Positions 25,201 to 35,189 of a stretch of 64,000 nt of DNA are shown here, piece by piece. The position numbers and the translations under genes were made by a program. The stretch is taken from NCBI GenBank assembly GCA_002269645.1, contig NIVC01000990.1, positions 248,001 to 312,000 of the forward strand, read 5' to 3'. The notes under the pieces were generated by a model. It worked only from the letters and a program-made list of their open reading frames with translations, was not told where the DNA came from and did not search any database. Positions within the stretch are counted from its first letter, which is position 1. Each line of letters starts with the position of its first letter. Source of the stretch: Macrostomum lignano. Its lineage: Eukaryota.

Positions 25201-25619
25201 AAGAATAACAATAAATAGCGATTAAAACAAAATATAGACCTTTCTATTAATGGCCTGGTTAATACCATATAATCATAGTATGGACTATATACTTTACTGT
25301 TAGTGTGATTAGCACAGCAATTATAGATTAGCAATATGCACAAGCCCATAAATAATTCATTTAAGAACAAGTATCTGCCTATTTCAAATACTAGCTTTTA
25401 AAAATAAAAATACATTGAACAAACAAAAATGATTTACTATTCTAGCTACTTAATGCTATTGATTAGCCTCTTTCTCGTCTCACAATTTTTTTCTCCAATT
25501 TTCTAATTGACTTTCAAATTTTCCCTGACTTCCTAAGAATTTCCCTGACTTTCCCTGACTTTCTAGACCACATTTTTTTCCCTGACTTTCCCTGACTTTC
25601 CCTGATCGCGGTCACCCTG
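22287..25619 (-). mobile_element. hAT-superfamily DNA transposon with 5-bp TSD (hAT5-like), 3333 bp
   Basis: Perfect TIRs CAGGGTGACCGCG (22287-22299) and CGCGGTCACCCTG (25607-25619). TGAAC on both flanks (22282-22286, 25620-25624). Subterminal TTCCCTGAC repeats. Confidence 0.9.
22649..25038 (-). pseudogene. hAT-like transposase (N-terminal Zn finger + DDE core), split by a single frameshift near 24700
   Basis: ORF 24682-25077 carries W..F.W..AYCKSC..MGK.AL.SH..GK.H. ORF 22649-24688 carries FDES, MDG, CSLH (CxxH), RW and VERGFS motifs. Adding one base restores AEL-x-WVFYMVDEHFSFRS. Confidence 0.8.
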
Positions 25620-26154
25620 TGAACAAGTTAGAAATAGAATTAGAAAGGCTTATTATTAATTAAATTACAAAATTGGAAGTAGTAAAATTAGCTTGATGAG
25701 GGATGAATTTATTCGGGGCATAGGCAATTTCGCCTACTAACAGTAGGCAGTAGCATCTGTAGGCTGAGGCAGATTGTAGGCTGCTGATAAAAAAGTTTCT
25801 AAATTTTTGCAACTGAGAAACAGAGCTGAGAAACAGTTATGAGTAGTATGATGGGCATTTTTGTACAACACAAGCATAGAGAAAATGTCTATTCCCTACT
25901 AGTAGTAGTATGCGGAACCCTAGACATAGAAAGCTATATATAATTTTATACGCTATGTAACTGTAATTTAATTAGCATAATTAATTATTAGATCAATTAA
26001 TGTGCAATATTAAGCAGGCAAAATTGATGCAATAAAGAATATAACGGCAGGTGAAGGATGAATGCAAATGATTTATTTTCAACAGAAATTGCAACTCAAA
26101 TTTCGCCCGTATCAGTCCTGTGTCTGCGCGCAACTGGTGTACTCACGCTCAGGG

Positions 26155-26281
26155 TTACACGAATGTCACATTTCTCGTGTCATAGGTGGGGTCGTCTTCA
26201 GTGGAATCGGCCGAGTCGCGGCCATCGTCAGCGTCGGCAGCTCGCTGCTGCTGGGGGCCCGCCGCCGCATCCGCGGGCAGC
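26155..26281 (-). CDS. Dscam: Dscam exon 21: C-terminus ..DDPTYDTRNVTFV*
   Basis: tttttacccgtag|G acceptor in phase 2. Ends in a class I PDZ-binding motif (T-x-V). Minus-strand AATAAA at 26072-26077. Confidence 0.82.
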
Positions 26282-26316
26282 CTACGGGTAAAAAGATTGA
26301 AAAGGAAAGGAAAAAT

Positions 26317-26970
26317 TTAGCCGATATGTATGGAAAATTACTTAAAATATACAAATTGCGTGTACTCTGAAGAGAACATTTAGAAACATTGCCGATATGT
26401 ATCGAAGGTAGACTTTTTGCAAATTAAAATTTTATAGAACAGTGGATGGGATTTACGAACGTTGCCGATATGTATCGAAAAATACTTTTTGAAAATTAAT
26501 ATTTGATAGGACAGGGGATCAAAGCTATCAACCTTGCCGATATGTATAGAAAGTATATTTTTTGCAAATTACTATTTTTGGAGACAGCGAATCTAATTTA
26601 TCAACCTTGCCGATAAGTATCGAAAGTGACTTTTCGCAACTTACTATTCTATAGGACAGGGATCAATTTGTCAACCATGCCGATATGTATCGAAAGTCAA
26701 CTTTTAGCAAATTATTTTATTGGAAAGGGGATCGAATTTATCAATATTGCAGACATGTATTGAAATTTTTTTTTAAAGTATACAATTGCATACTGTAGTT
26801 AAATTCTAGAAAACTGCCGATATGTATCGAAAGTATACTTTGTTGCAGAAAATTTTTTCAAATTTTAGAGGATCAGATTTAGCAACAACAATTAGAGGAT
26901 CAAGCCAATATACAAGACTGGAGTAAAATATTTACAAACAAGCCGATATGTATCGAAAAAAATACTTTCA
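26317..26970. repeat. Diverged ~70-73-nt tandem repeat with conserved palindromic core GCCGATATGTATCGAA (Dscam intron 20)
   Basis: Nine cores at about 26320, 26391, 26464, 26536, 26609, 26679, 26749, 26816 and 26942. Confidence 0.85.
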
Positions 26971-26980
26971 AAACTCTCAC

Positions 26981-27300
26981 CTATTGCCGCCAAGCAGCTG
27001 TTGAACTTCATCTTCAACATCCTCTCTGGTGGCCGGCATCGCCACCGCCGGCTGCTGCTGCCGCTCAGGCCAGTAGAGCCGTTGCGACGGCCTGTAGGAG
27101 TTGTAGATGCTGCTGCCGCCGGCGCCGCCTCCGGCCAGTCTGTGCCGAGGGCCCGGCTGGGTGCCGTAGTTGTAGGCGGAGTCCGTGGCCTCGTAGACCC
27201 CGGTGCCGTAGCTGTCCGCCTCCGACGGAGGCACCCGACGCTGCTGTTGAGGCTGCTGCCTGCCGTTGTTGTTGTTGTTGTTCTTGAAGCTCCGTCGGAA

Positions 27301-27331
<31 letters not shown>

Positions 27332-27509
27332 TGCGGCACTGAAGGCAGGGTGCCGTTGCGCGACTTCGGCATGAGGCCGCCCGACAGGGTCAGCGAGCGC
27401 TGCATGACGTCATCGATGCTCTCGTAGGTCTGCTCGGACTCCGCCATGGACGGCTGCCGGCGGTGCCGACCAAGCATCGGCGGCTGCGGCTGGCGGGACC
27501 GCGGATCGT
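26981..27509 (-). CDS. Dscam: Dscam exon 20: cytoplasmic tail II
   Basis: cccccag|AC acceptor, AG|GTGAGA donor. 529 nt. TYESIDDV, VYEATD. Confidence 0.82.
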
Positions 27510-27554
27510 CTGGGGGTTGGAAGGGCCAGGTTGAAGGACTGGATGGATGGTGGG

Positions 27555-27557
<3 letters not shown>

Positions 27558-27588
<31 letters not shown>

Positions 27589-27677
27589 TAAGCAGACAGA
27601 TAAGCAGACAGATAGACAGACAAACAGACAGACAGGCAGACAGACAGACAGACAAACAGATAAGCAGACAGATAAGC

Positions 27678-27756
<79 letters not shown>

Positions 27757-27805
27757 TAAGCAGACAGACAGACAGACAAACAGACAGATAAGCAGACAGA
27801 CAGGC

Positions 27806-27848
<43 letters not shown>

Positions 27849-28049
27849 AAGACAGACAGACAGACAGACAGATAGACAGACAAACAGACAGATAAGCAGA
27901 CAGACAGACAGACAGATAAGCAGACAGACAGACAGACAGATAAGCAGACAGACAGACAGACAGATAAGCAGACAGACAGACAGACAAACAGACAGATAAG
28001 CAGACAGATAAGCAGACAGACAGGCAGACAGACAGACAGACAGACAGGC

Positions 28050-28097
<48 letters not shown>
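27558..28097. repeat. (AGAC)n microsatellite (Dscam intron 19)
   Basis: Direct reading. Confidence 0.95.
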
Positions 28098-28111
28098 GGC
28101 CAGTGGCTCAC

Positions 28112-28767
28112 CCTGCTGGTACAGCGGCACCTCGCAGGTGGCATTGCGCAGCTCGTTGGGGTTGGGCGGCAGGTTGGTGAAGTTTCTGATCCCGGGATCC
28201 GTGGTCTCGCTGCTGCCTGAGTTCTCCTCATACTCGGCCGTGTGCGCAGGCAGCGGATGGTGCATCGGCGCCAGCTGTTGCAGCAGCTGCTGCGTCCGGT
28301 AGGCATCAACCAGCTCCTCGTGGTTGCTGCTCAGAGTGGTGGCAGAGCTCATGTGGCTGGCGCGGACGCCGAGGCCCAGAGCCGGGTGCTGGTGGTGGCC
28401 GGAGGGGTGCAGCTGCGGGCCGCCCTTCGCGTAGGGCCCGCCACCCGCCAGAGTTGATGACTCGTTCTCGTACGGCGGCAGCTGCTGCTGCTGCTGTTGC
28501 AAAATCTGCTTTGGCGGCTTTGAGCCACCGCCGCCGCCTCCGCCTGCTCCAGGGCCGTTGCGGACCGGCTTTGTTGCACCGTCAGCGTCGAAGGTGGCGT
28601 AGGCGCGGATGTTACCCTTAGAGTCCACGGACTCGCGGTCGTCCTCGTCGTCTTCGTATGGCACCGCGGCTGGCGGCTTGCCGACCAGGACCTGCGGGGC
28701 TCTGATGCCTTTCTCGTGTTGTAGCAGCAGGTGCTGCTGCTGCTGGTACTGCTGATGGTAGTTGCTT
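28112..28767 (-). CDS. Dscam: Dscam exon 19: cytoplasmic tail I
   Basis: cccacag|A acceptor, G|GTGAGC donor. 656 nt. Poly-Q/G with Tyr motifs PYEDD, AYATF, PYENE. Confidence 0.85.
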
Positions 28768-28794
28768 CTGTGGGTTTATGAGGGAGTCACACGG

Positions 28795-29130
28795 GTTCGC
28801 GAAGGGTTAGAAAAAATTGTAGAGTTGGAAGGGTTTGTGAAGGATTGGAAGGGTTTGTGAAGGGTTAGAAAAGTTTGCGAAGGGTTGGAAGGGTTTTTGA
28901 AGGTTTAGACGGATTTGTGAAGGGTTGATAGGGTTTACGAAGGGTTGGAAGGGTTTGTGAAGCGTTTGAAGGGTTCGTGAAGGGTTGAAAGGGTTTGTGA
29001 AGAGTTGGAAGGGTTTGTGAAGCGTTGGAAGGGTTCGTGAAGGGTTGAAAGGGTTTGTGAAGGGTTGGAAGGGTTTGTGAAGCGTTGGAAGGGTTCGTGG
29101 AGGGTTGGAAAGGTTCTTGAAGGGTTGCAA
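28795..29130. repeat. 20-nt repeat GAAGGGTTGGAAGGGTTTGT (intron 18)
   Basis: Direct reading. Confidence 0.9.
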
Positions 29131-29164
29131 AGATTTTCCGGAGCTTCAAAAGAAAGTCTCTCAC

Positions 29165-29631
29165 CTGTACTGCTGTTGCTGTTGGAGCAGCAAGTGCTGC
29201 TGATGAGGCGGCAGCAGGTGGTGCGGGGGCTGCTGCTGCAGTTGATCAACTGGAATTCCCGGCGAGTGCTGCTTGTGCTGTCTGTACAGCACGGTGGTGC
29301 ACACAGCGAACAGGCACACCAGCAGAAGGGCTAGTACACCGGCGGCCAAGATGTACGGCCAGTTCTGCCACCCTGAGATGCCGCCCGACGAGGGCATGCC
29401 GTTTGGCAAGTTTGGCTGGGATCGGGACGACTCCTTAGCTCCGCTGGTGCCGGCGTGGCCGACTTCGCCGCGACCGTCGATGCCGCGCAGGAGGAGGCCA
29501 GTGAGCTTCAGGCTGCTTTGGATCGTCAGGTTGCCGGCGGCGTTGTGCGCCACCACGGCGAAGTGCAGCAGTCGGCCTTCAGCTGAGACTCCTCGTCTGG
29601 CGAGTCCCGTCAGAAGGTTCGAGTCTAGGAC
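29165..29631 (-). CDS. Dscam: Dscam exon 18: C-half of FN3-6, transmembrane helix, juxtamembrane region
   Basis: tcaaag|GTC acceptor, AG|GTGAGA donor. 467 nt. TM WPYILAAGVLALLLVCLFAVCTTVLY followed by RQHK. Confidence 0.88.
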
Positions 29632-29734
29632 CTTTGAGCGCGGGGATAAGGATAGATAGTGGAAAACGGTATAGTGAAAGCGCAAACAATATTATACACC
29701 ATGAGTGCCTTTTGTGTAATAATGTGCATCGAAT

Positions 29735-29845
29735 TTCCACAGAGTTGTATGGATTTTCCGCGGAATTTCCCTGGAGTTTCCACGGATTTCCCCTGGATTT
29801 TCCACGGAATTCCCCTGGATTTTCCACGGAATTCCCCTGGATTAT
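29735..29845. repeat. 12/24-nt repeat with GGAATTCC core (intron 17)
   Basis: GGATTTTCCACGGAATTCCCCT. Confidence 0.75.
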
Positions 29846-29868
29846 CCAAAAAGGCCTTATTTCCTCAC

Positions 29869-30419
29869 CTTTAGGCAGCAGCCATTTTCAAGACTGTCTC
29901 GAGTCGCCACGGCCGTTGGCTGTAAAATGCCGCGCTCGAAACCGTTTTCCAGCGGTAGGCTGTTCAAATACACCAGATATTTGTAGGCATGACAGCCGTC
30001 TCCCGGCAGGATGTCGGTGAAGTTGAATTCGATTCCAATTCGATTGGCAAGAATCTGGGCGATGGGACCGGCGCCGCTGCGCAGCACAGGCCTGGATCCC
30101 AGAGTCCGCATCTCCATGTACTCGGTGTAGGGGCTCTTCAGATCGAAGCCGTTCACTGCGCGTATTCGAAATTTCATAGCTGCGCCGCATTGGACCGGGT
30201 CGACCAGGTAGGACCGGTTGCGGGCGCTCACCGTTCGCGTGTCCTCGGCGCCCGAGTAGAGGTTGACATAGTTGAGATTGTAGCCAGCAATCAGGGAGTC
30301 GCCAGCCGCCACTGGGATGGAGGCAGAGTCGCGGGATCCGATGCCCATTGGGCGCCAGATCACCTCTAGGGAGGAGTTGGTTCGCTGGCCGGGCAGCAGC
30401 CGCGGAGTCTGCGGCACAG
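29869..30419 (-). CDS. Dscam: Dscam exon 17: FN3-5 + N-half of FN3-6
   Basis: ttccag|CT acceptor, AAG|GTGAGG donor. 551 nt. VIW..GY..RAVNG. Confidence 0.88.
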
Positions 30420-30444
30420 CTGGAATTGACAACCAAAAAATTGC

Positions 30445-30785
30445 TGCCTAAAAAGGGCCGTTTTATATAAAAGAAATACTACTAATAGGTACATGTAGAT
30501 AGCTTATGTAGGCTTCCTGTTAGGGCCGTTTAACTATAGAACAGTTAGGTAGATGCCTTAAAAGGGCCGTTTTAACTAAAAATATAGGAACGTTACTAAG
30601 GTTTGTGCCTTAAAAGGGCCGTTTTAACTAAAGAAAATTAAAATGGCTTAGGAAGTGCCTTAAAAAGGCCGTTAAAACTAAAAATATAGGAAGATTACTA
30701 AGGTTTGTGCCTTAAAACGGCCGTTTACCTATAAACTGTAAGGTACACAGCTTAGATTGGTGTCCTAAAAGGGCCGTTTTACACA
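30445..30785. repeat. ~52-nt diverged repeat with near-palindromic core AAAAGGGCCGTTTT (intron 16)
   Basis: Units start at 30556, 30608, 30658, 30710 and 30764; additional cores near 30450 and 30522. Confidence 0.85.
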
Positions 30786-30844
30786 CAGGAATGAAGAATT
30801 ATGCAAATAGTTATTATAGGCCTAAAAGAGTGGTAAAAACTTAC

Positions 30845-30993
30845 GCAGATTCTGCACGGTAGCAACCTGAACATTGTAGGTAACTGAGGACGTGTCGTCC
30901 GTGTCGCTGCATTTATACCTGTGCGGACCGCCGATATTGCGAAGACCAGTAATAACAAGCGAACCATTGGGAAGCCGTTCGGTGCGAGGCGAG
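30845..30993 (-). CDS. Dscam: Dscam exon 16: C-half of Ig10
   Basis: tttttag|C acceptor, C|GTAAGT donor. 149 nt. LPNGSLVI..YKC..YNVQV. Confidence 0.85.
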
Positions 30994-31084
30994 CTAAAAA
31001 TTTTTCAAAGGCAATTTTTAATTCACTTCAGCTAAAAAGCAATGCCAAGATTTCATTTAAAAAGACCAGTTTTTCAGCACTTAC

Positions 31085-31208
31085 TCCACCGTTGGCATGG
31101 TCCACCTGGGGCTGGTGTTACCTTGGCCCACAATATAGCAATCGAGCACTAGGCGGGCGCTCTGGGTAACCAGAAAGTCCTGCCGGAATGACACAACTTG
31201 CAGTCGGG
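31085..31208 (-). CDS. Dscam: Dscam exon 15: N-half of Ig10
   Basis: atttcag|CC acceptor, GA|GTAAGT donor. 124 nt. PRLQVVSFRQDF..LDCYIVG..RW. Not in the ORF track. Confidence 0.85.
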
Positions 31209-31497
31209 CTGAAATTTGCAAATTATAAAAACCGATATCCTTATTACCAGTAGTTTATGCAGCAAATTTAGACAATTTTCAATATATAACGTATATTCCT
31301 TTTATCTCTACTATAAGTAGAATAGTTAATAAAAGTTTTTTATTTTTCATTAGTAAATTCAGTTCTTTCTACTGTCAGTAAAGTATCGAGAAAATGCTAA
31401 GTATTTTCGATAAGTTTTTCTCTAAAGGGCCTTGTCTTCTATTCAACACTTTGTCATTGCCATCTGCCCTGAAAAGGGCCGTTTTTTACAAACTCAC

Positions 31498-31959
31498 GGG
31501 TCTCAGAGACAAATAGCAACTCCCGTCGCGAGTAGCGGCCCAGAAAATTGTCATTTTCGGCTGCCACACTGAACTCGCATTGCGCATTGACTGACAGGCC
31601 GCCGATGAGCTGGTGCTCATAGTGAGACACCGGCCCGCCAGCTGGAAGGGGGTGATCAATCTCCGAGGCGGTTTTATCCGAGCAAGTGTACTTTATTTTG
31701 TAGCCTTTCAAGCGGCCGTTTGGCGCCTCAGTCTGGCGCCAGGCCAGCACAGCGTGGGTGGCGTTCACGCCGTAGGCGCGCACGTCGAGAGGCGGGTCCG
31801 GCGGAGCGGACAAGGTGCGACAGAAAATTCTGCTGGTTGGCGCTGACCTGCCTTTGCTGTTGGCGACCGTGACAGTGAATGAATAGTTGGTGTACATCTG
31901 CAGGCCGCTGATGAGGTGCTCAGAGCCTTCCGATGTCTCTTCTTTGGCGAGGGTTTCGT
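31498..31959 (-). CDS. Dscam: Dscam exon 14: C-half of FN3-3 + FN3-4
   Basis: cacacag|AC acceptor, C|GTGAGT donor. 462 nt. GLQMYTNYSF..LAW..NG.LKGY. Confidence 0.9.
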
Positions 31960-31984
31960 CTGTGTGAGAGACAGCGTTGCTTGT

Positions 31985-32492
31985 GATTAGACTGTGATTA
32001 GTTCTTCATTATATTGTCATTAAATTGTGATTAGATTGTGATTAGATTGTGATTAGTTCTTCATTAGATTTATATTAGATTGTCATTAGCTTGTCATTAG
32101 TTTATGATTAGCTTGTCATTAGTTTGCCATTAGATTTTTATTAGATTGTCATTAGCTTGTCATTAGTTTATCATTAGCTTGTCATTAGTTTATTATTAGC
32201 TTGTCATTAGTTTATCATTAGCTTGTCATTAGTTTATTATTAGCTTGTCATTAGTTTGTCATTAGATTTTTATTAGATTGTCATTAGCTTGTCATTAGTT
32301 TATGATTAGCTTGTCATTAGTTTGTCATTAGATTTTTATTAGATTGTCATTAGCTTGTCATTAGTTTATCATTAGCTTGTCATTAGCTTGTCATTAGTTT
32401 ATCATTAGCTTGTCATTAGCTTGTCATTAGCTTGTCATTAGTTTATCATTAGCTTGTCATTAGCTTGCCATTAGCTTGTCATTAGTTTGTCA
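31985..32492. repeat. 11-nt repeat TTAGCTTGTCA/TTAGTTTATCA (intron 13)
   Basis: Direct reading. Confidence 0.9.
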
Positions 32493-32504
32493 ATCAGTTC
32501 TCAA

Positions 32505-32692
32505 GCGGTGGCACGCACTCGGACACACGCTCACACAGAGTGTACATCGGCCCTTTGACTTTCTAACTAATCGTCAGGCAGGTACACTCCCTACGTGTCT
32601 TGGGGGTTGGCCCTCGTGAGCGGTCACGTACCAGACACGGAATCGAACCCGGGACCACTTTGACACGTCTACTCCTGAGCTGCACTGCTCCC
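32505..32692 (-). mobile_element. tRNA-derived SINE, family B (Dscam intron 13); fragment also at about 18400-18475
   Basis: Minus-strand GGTCCCGGGTTCGATTCC. The segment CCCTTTGACTTT..AATCGTCAGGCA..GGTTGGCCCTC is shared with 18400-18475. Confidence 0.6.
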
Positions 32693-32732
32693 CATATGGG
32701 AGAATTGGGTTGTAAGAAAAACAGTTACTCAC

Positions 32733-32885
32733 TCTGCTCAATGGCGTCCTGAGCTGGCATGTACTGAATCTGATAGTCCTTAGCGATGCCGTTCACGCTG
32801 CTGGGGTCCGGGGCTCGCCACGACACCAAAACCTGCGAATTCGACTTCGCTTCGCATCTCGGACTTGCCGGCGGCGATCTGGGAG
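32733..32885 (-). CDS. Dscam: Dscam exon 13: N-half of FN3-3
   Basis: tttcag|CT acceptor, A|GTGAGT donor. 153 nt. VSWRAP..NGI..Y. Confidence 0.88.
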
Positions 32886-32984
32886 CTGAAATTTGAAATT
32901 CATTTGGCGTGCTTTTTGCATATTTATACATGTCGATTTACCTGCTGCAGTGGTGGGATCTGCTCGTACATGTATGTCTAGGAA

Positions 32985-33405
32985 TTTAGGGGGATTCTAA
33001 AGGGGAATTGGGGGAGAATCTTAAGGGGAATTGGGGGAGAATCCAAAGGGGAATTGGGGGATAATCTTAAGGTGAATTGGGGGAGAATCTTAAGGTGAAT
33101 TGGGGGAGAATCTTAAGGGGAATTGGGGGAGAATCTTAAGGGGAATTGGGTACATTCTTTGGGGAATTAGGAGAGATTCTTAGGGGGAATTGGGGAAGAT
33201 TCTTAAGGGGAATTGGGGGAGATGTTTAGGGGAAGTTAGGGCGATTCTTAAGGGGAAGTTAGGGAGATTCCTAAGGGGAATTAGGAGAGATTCTTAAGGC
33301 GAATTGAGAGAGGTTCTTCAGGGGAATTAGGGAAACATTTAAGGAGGAATCGAGGGAGAATCTAATGCTCAGAAGGGGAATTTGGGGGAGAATATTAAGG
33401 GAAAT
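32985..33405. repeat. ~23-nt G-rich repeat GGGGAATTGGGGGAGAATCTTAA (intron 12)
   Basis: Direct reading; degenerates toward the exon 12 donor. Confidence 0.85.
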
Positions 33406-33438
33406 CTTAAGCAGACACTTAGTAGGTAGGCCGCTTAC

Positions 33439-33652
33439 TGGACTCCAGTGTGCGCACTCGAACACAGTTTGGTGGACCGGCGCCAACAGCGTTGAGCGGC
33501 GTCACCCGAACCTGGTACTCGGTGAACGCCTTCAATGGGTTGTGCTCGCTGAAGCAGATCGCCGAGCCGAGTGAGCCGGCGGCGCCTCCGCCAGGTCTGC
33601 TGTCGCTGCGCGGCCCAATGAATGCCGCGGTGCCGGGGCAGCGGAACTGCAC
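33439..33652 (-). CDS. Dscam: Dscam exon 12: C-half of FN3-2
   Basis: ccgcag|GTG acceptor, A|GTAAGC donor. 214 nt. LKAFTEYQVRV..NAVGAGP. Confidence 0.88.
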
Positions 33653-33744
33653 CTGCGGCAGATGCAGAAGATGCAGAGGCTGAGAGGACTCAGAGAAGCA
33701 TAGGAAAAATGTCAATACTGTTTTATTGATGCCAACGTTCGAGC

Positions 33745-34175
33745 TTTTGAAGTCTCTCTAGATTATATGAAGTCTCTAGACTATGCAGTCTCTAAGATTA
33801 TATGAAGTCTCTAGATTATGCAGTCTCTAGATTATACAGTCTCTAGATTATGCAGTCTCTAGATTATGCAGTCTCTAGATTATACAGTCTCTAGATTATG
33901 CAGTTTCTAGAATATGATGTCTCTAGATTATGCAGTCTCTAGATTATATGAAGTCTCTAGATTATTCGGTTTATAGATTATGCAGTCTCTAGATTATGCA
34001 GTCTCTAGATTATAAAGTCTCTAGATTATGAAGTCTTTAGATTATAAAGTCTCTAGATTATATGAAGTCTCTAGATTATTCGGTCTCTAGATCATGCAGT
34101 CTCTAGATCATGAAGTCTTCAGATCATGAAGTCTCTAGATTATACAGTGTCTCTAGATCATGCAGTCTCTAGACC
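33745..34175. repeat. ~16-nt repeat AGTCTCTAGATTATGC (intron 11)
   Basis: TCTAGA core in each unit. Confidence 0.9.
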
Positions 34176-34191
34176 AAGATCACCTCCCTAC

Positions 34192-34644
34192 CTTGGCATC
34201 GCTGCCAGCGAGCTCGCAGTCGTCAGCGCCAGCCGTTGCAGACACGGGCCAGACAGTCACCGAATAGTTGGTCATTCGTCCGTTTCGTTTCAGCAGCTCC
34301 GGCGGTTGCCAGGTCAAACGCAGCGCCGACGCGCCCTCGGCGATAACAGTGAGGTCCTGCACGGGGCCGGAGGGCGCCCGCTCCTTGGTGACCACCCGGC
34401 AGCTGGCCTCGGGTCCCGGGCCGACACTGTTCACCGCCGTTATGTTGAAGATGTACTCCGTCCCCGGCTGCAGCCCCTTGAAGGTGTAGCTCTTCTGGTC
34501 CACAGACAGATTCTGTACGGCTAGTCGACCGGTGGGTTCCAGGTAGGCGATGGCGTAGCGAACAATCTCCTTGTGCCCGTTGCTGGCCGGTGCCTCCCAC
34601 TGCAGTGTGGCTGAGTTCTGGTCGTGATCCGTTGTAACGAAATT
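34192..34644 (-). CDS. Dscam: Dscam exon 11: FN3-1 + N-half of FN3-2
   Basis: atttcag|AAT acceptor, AAG|GTAGGG donor. 453 nt. LQWEAP..LQPGTEY..AVNSVG. Confidence 0.92.
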
Positions 34645-34696
34645 CTGAAATTTTTCCAAATCGAAGTGTTTTTGGAGCTCAATCTCGATTATCGTT

Positions 34697-35150
34697 GGGA
34701 AAAATCCCAGTTACTCCAATGGGATAAATAGGGGAAGATGGGGATCACGACTATACTTGGGAAAATCCCCATTGCCTCAGTAGGTTAAATTGGGGAAGAT
34801 AGGGATCACGACGATAATTGGGAAATCCCCATTGCCTCAGTAGGTTAATAGGAGAAGATAGGGATCACGACGATAATTGGGAAATCCCCATTGCCTCAGT
34901 AGGTTAATAGGAGAAGATAGGGATCACGACGATAATTGGGAAATCCCCCATTGCCTCAGTAGGTTAAATTGGGGAAGATAGGGATCACGACGATAATTGG
35001 GAAATCCCCATTGCCTCAGTAAGTTAATTGGAGAAAATTGGGATCACGACGATAATTGGGAAATCCCCATTGCCTCAGTAGGTTAATTGGGGAAGATGGG
35101 GATCAGGACTATAATTGGGAAAATCCCCATTGCCACAGTGGGATAAATGG
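34697..35150. repeat. 59-61-nt tandem repeat x~7 (intron 10)
   Basis: GGGATCACGACGATAATTGGGAAATCCCCATTGCCTCAGTAGGTTAA..; starts at 34802, 34861, 34920 and 34981. Confidence 0.9.
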
Positions 35151-35189
35151 TAGAGCCGTTTCCCATTTGACAGCCTCAACATGTTTCAC

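Noticed and set aside
26317-26970. CRISPR array interpretation of palindromic repeats with spacers
   Set aside because: Spacers are homologous to one another, there are no cas genes, and the context is a eukaryotic intron. Kept as a repeat finding instead.
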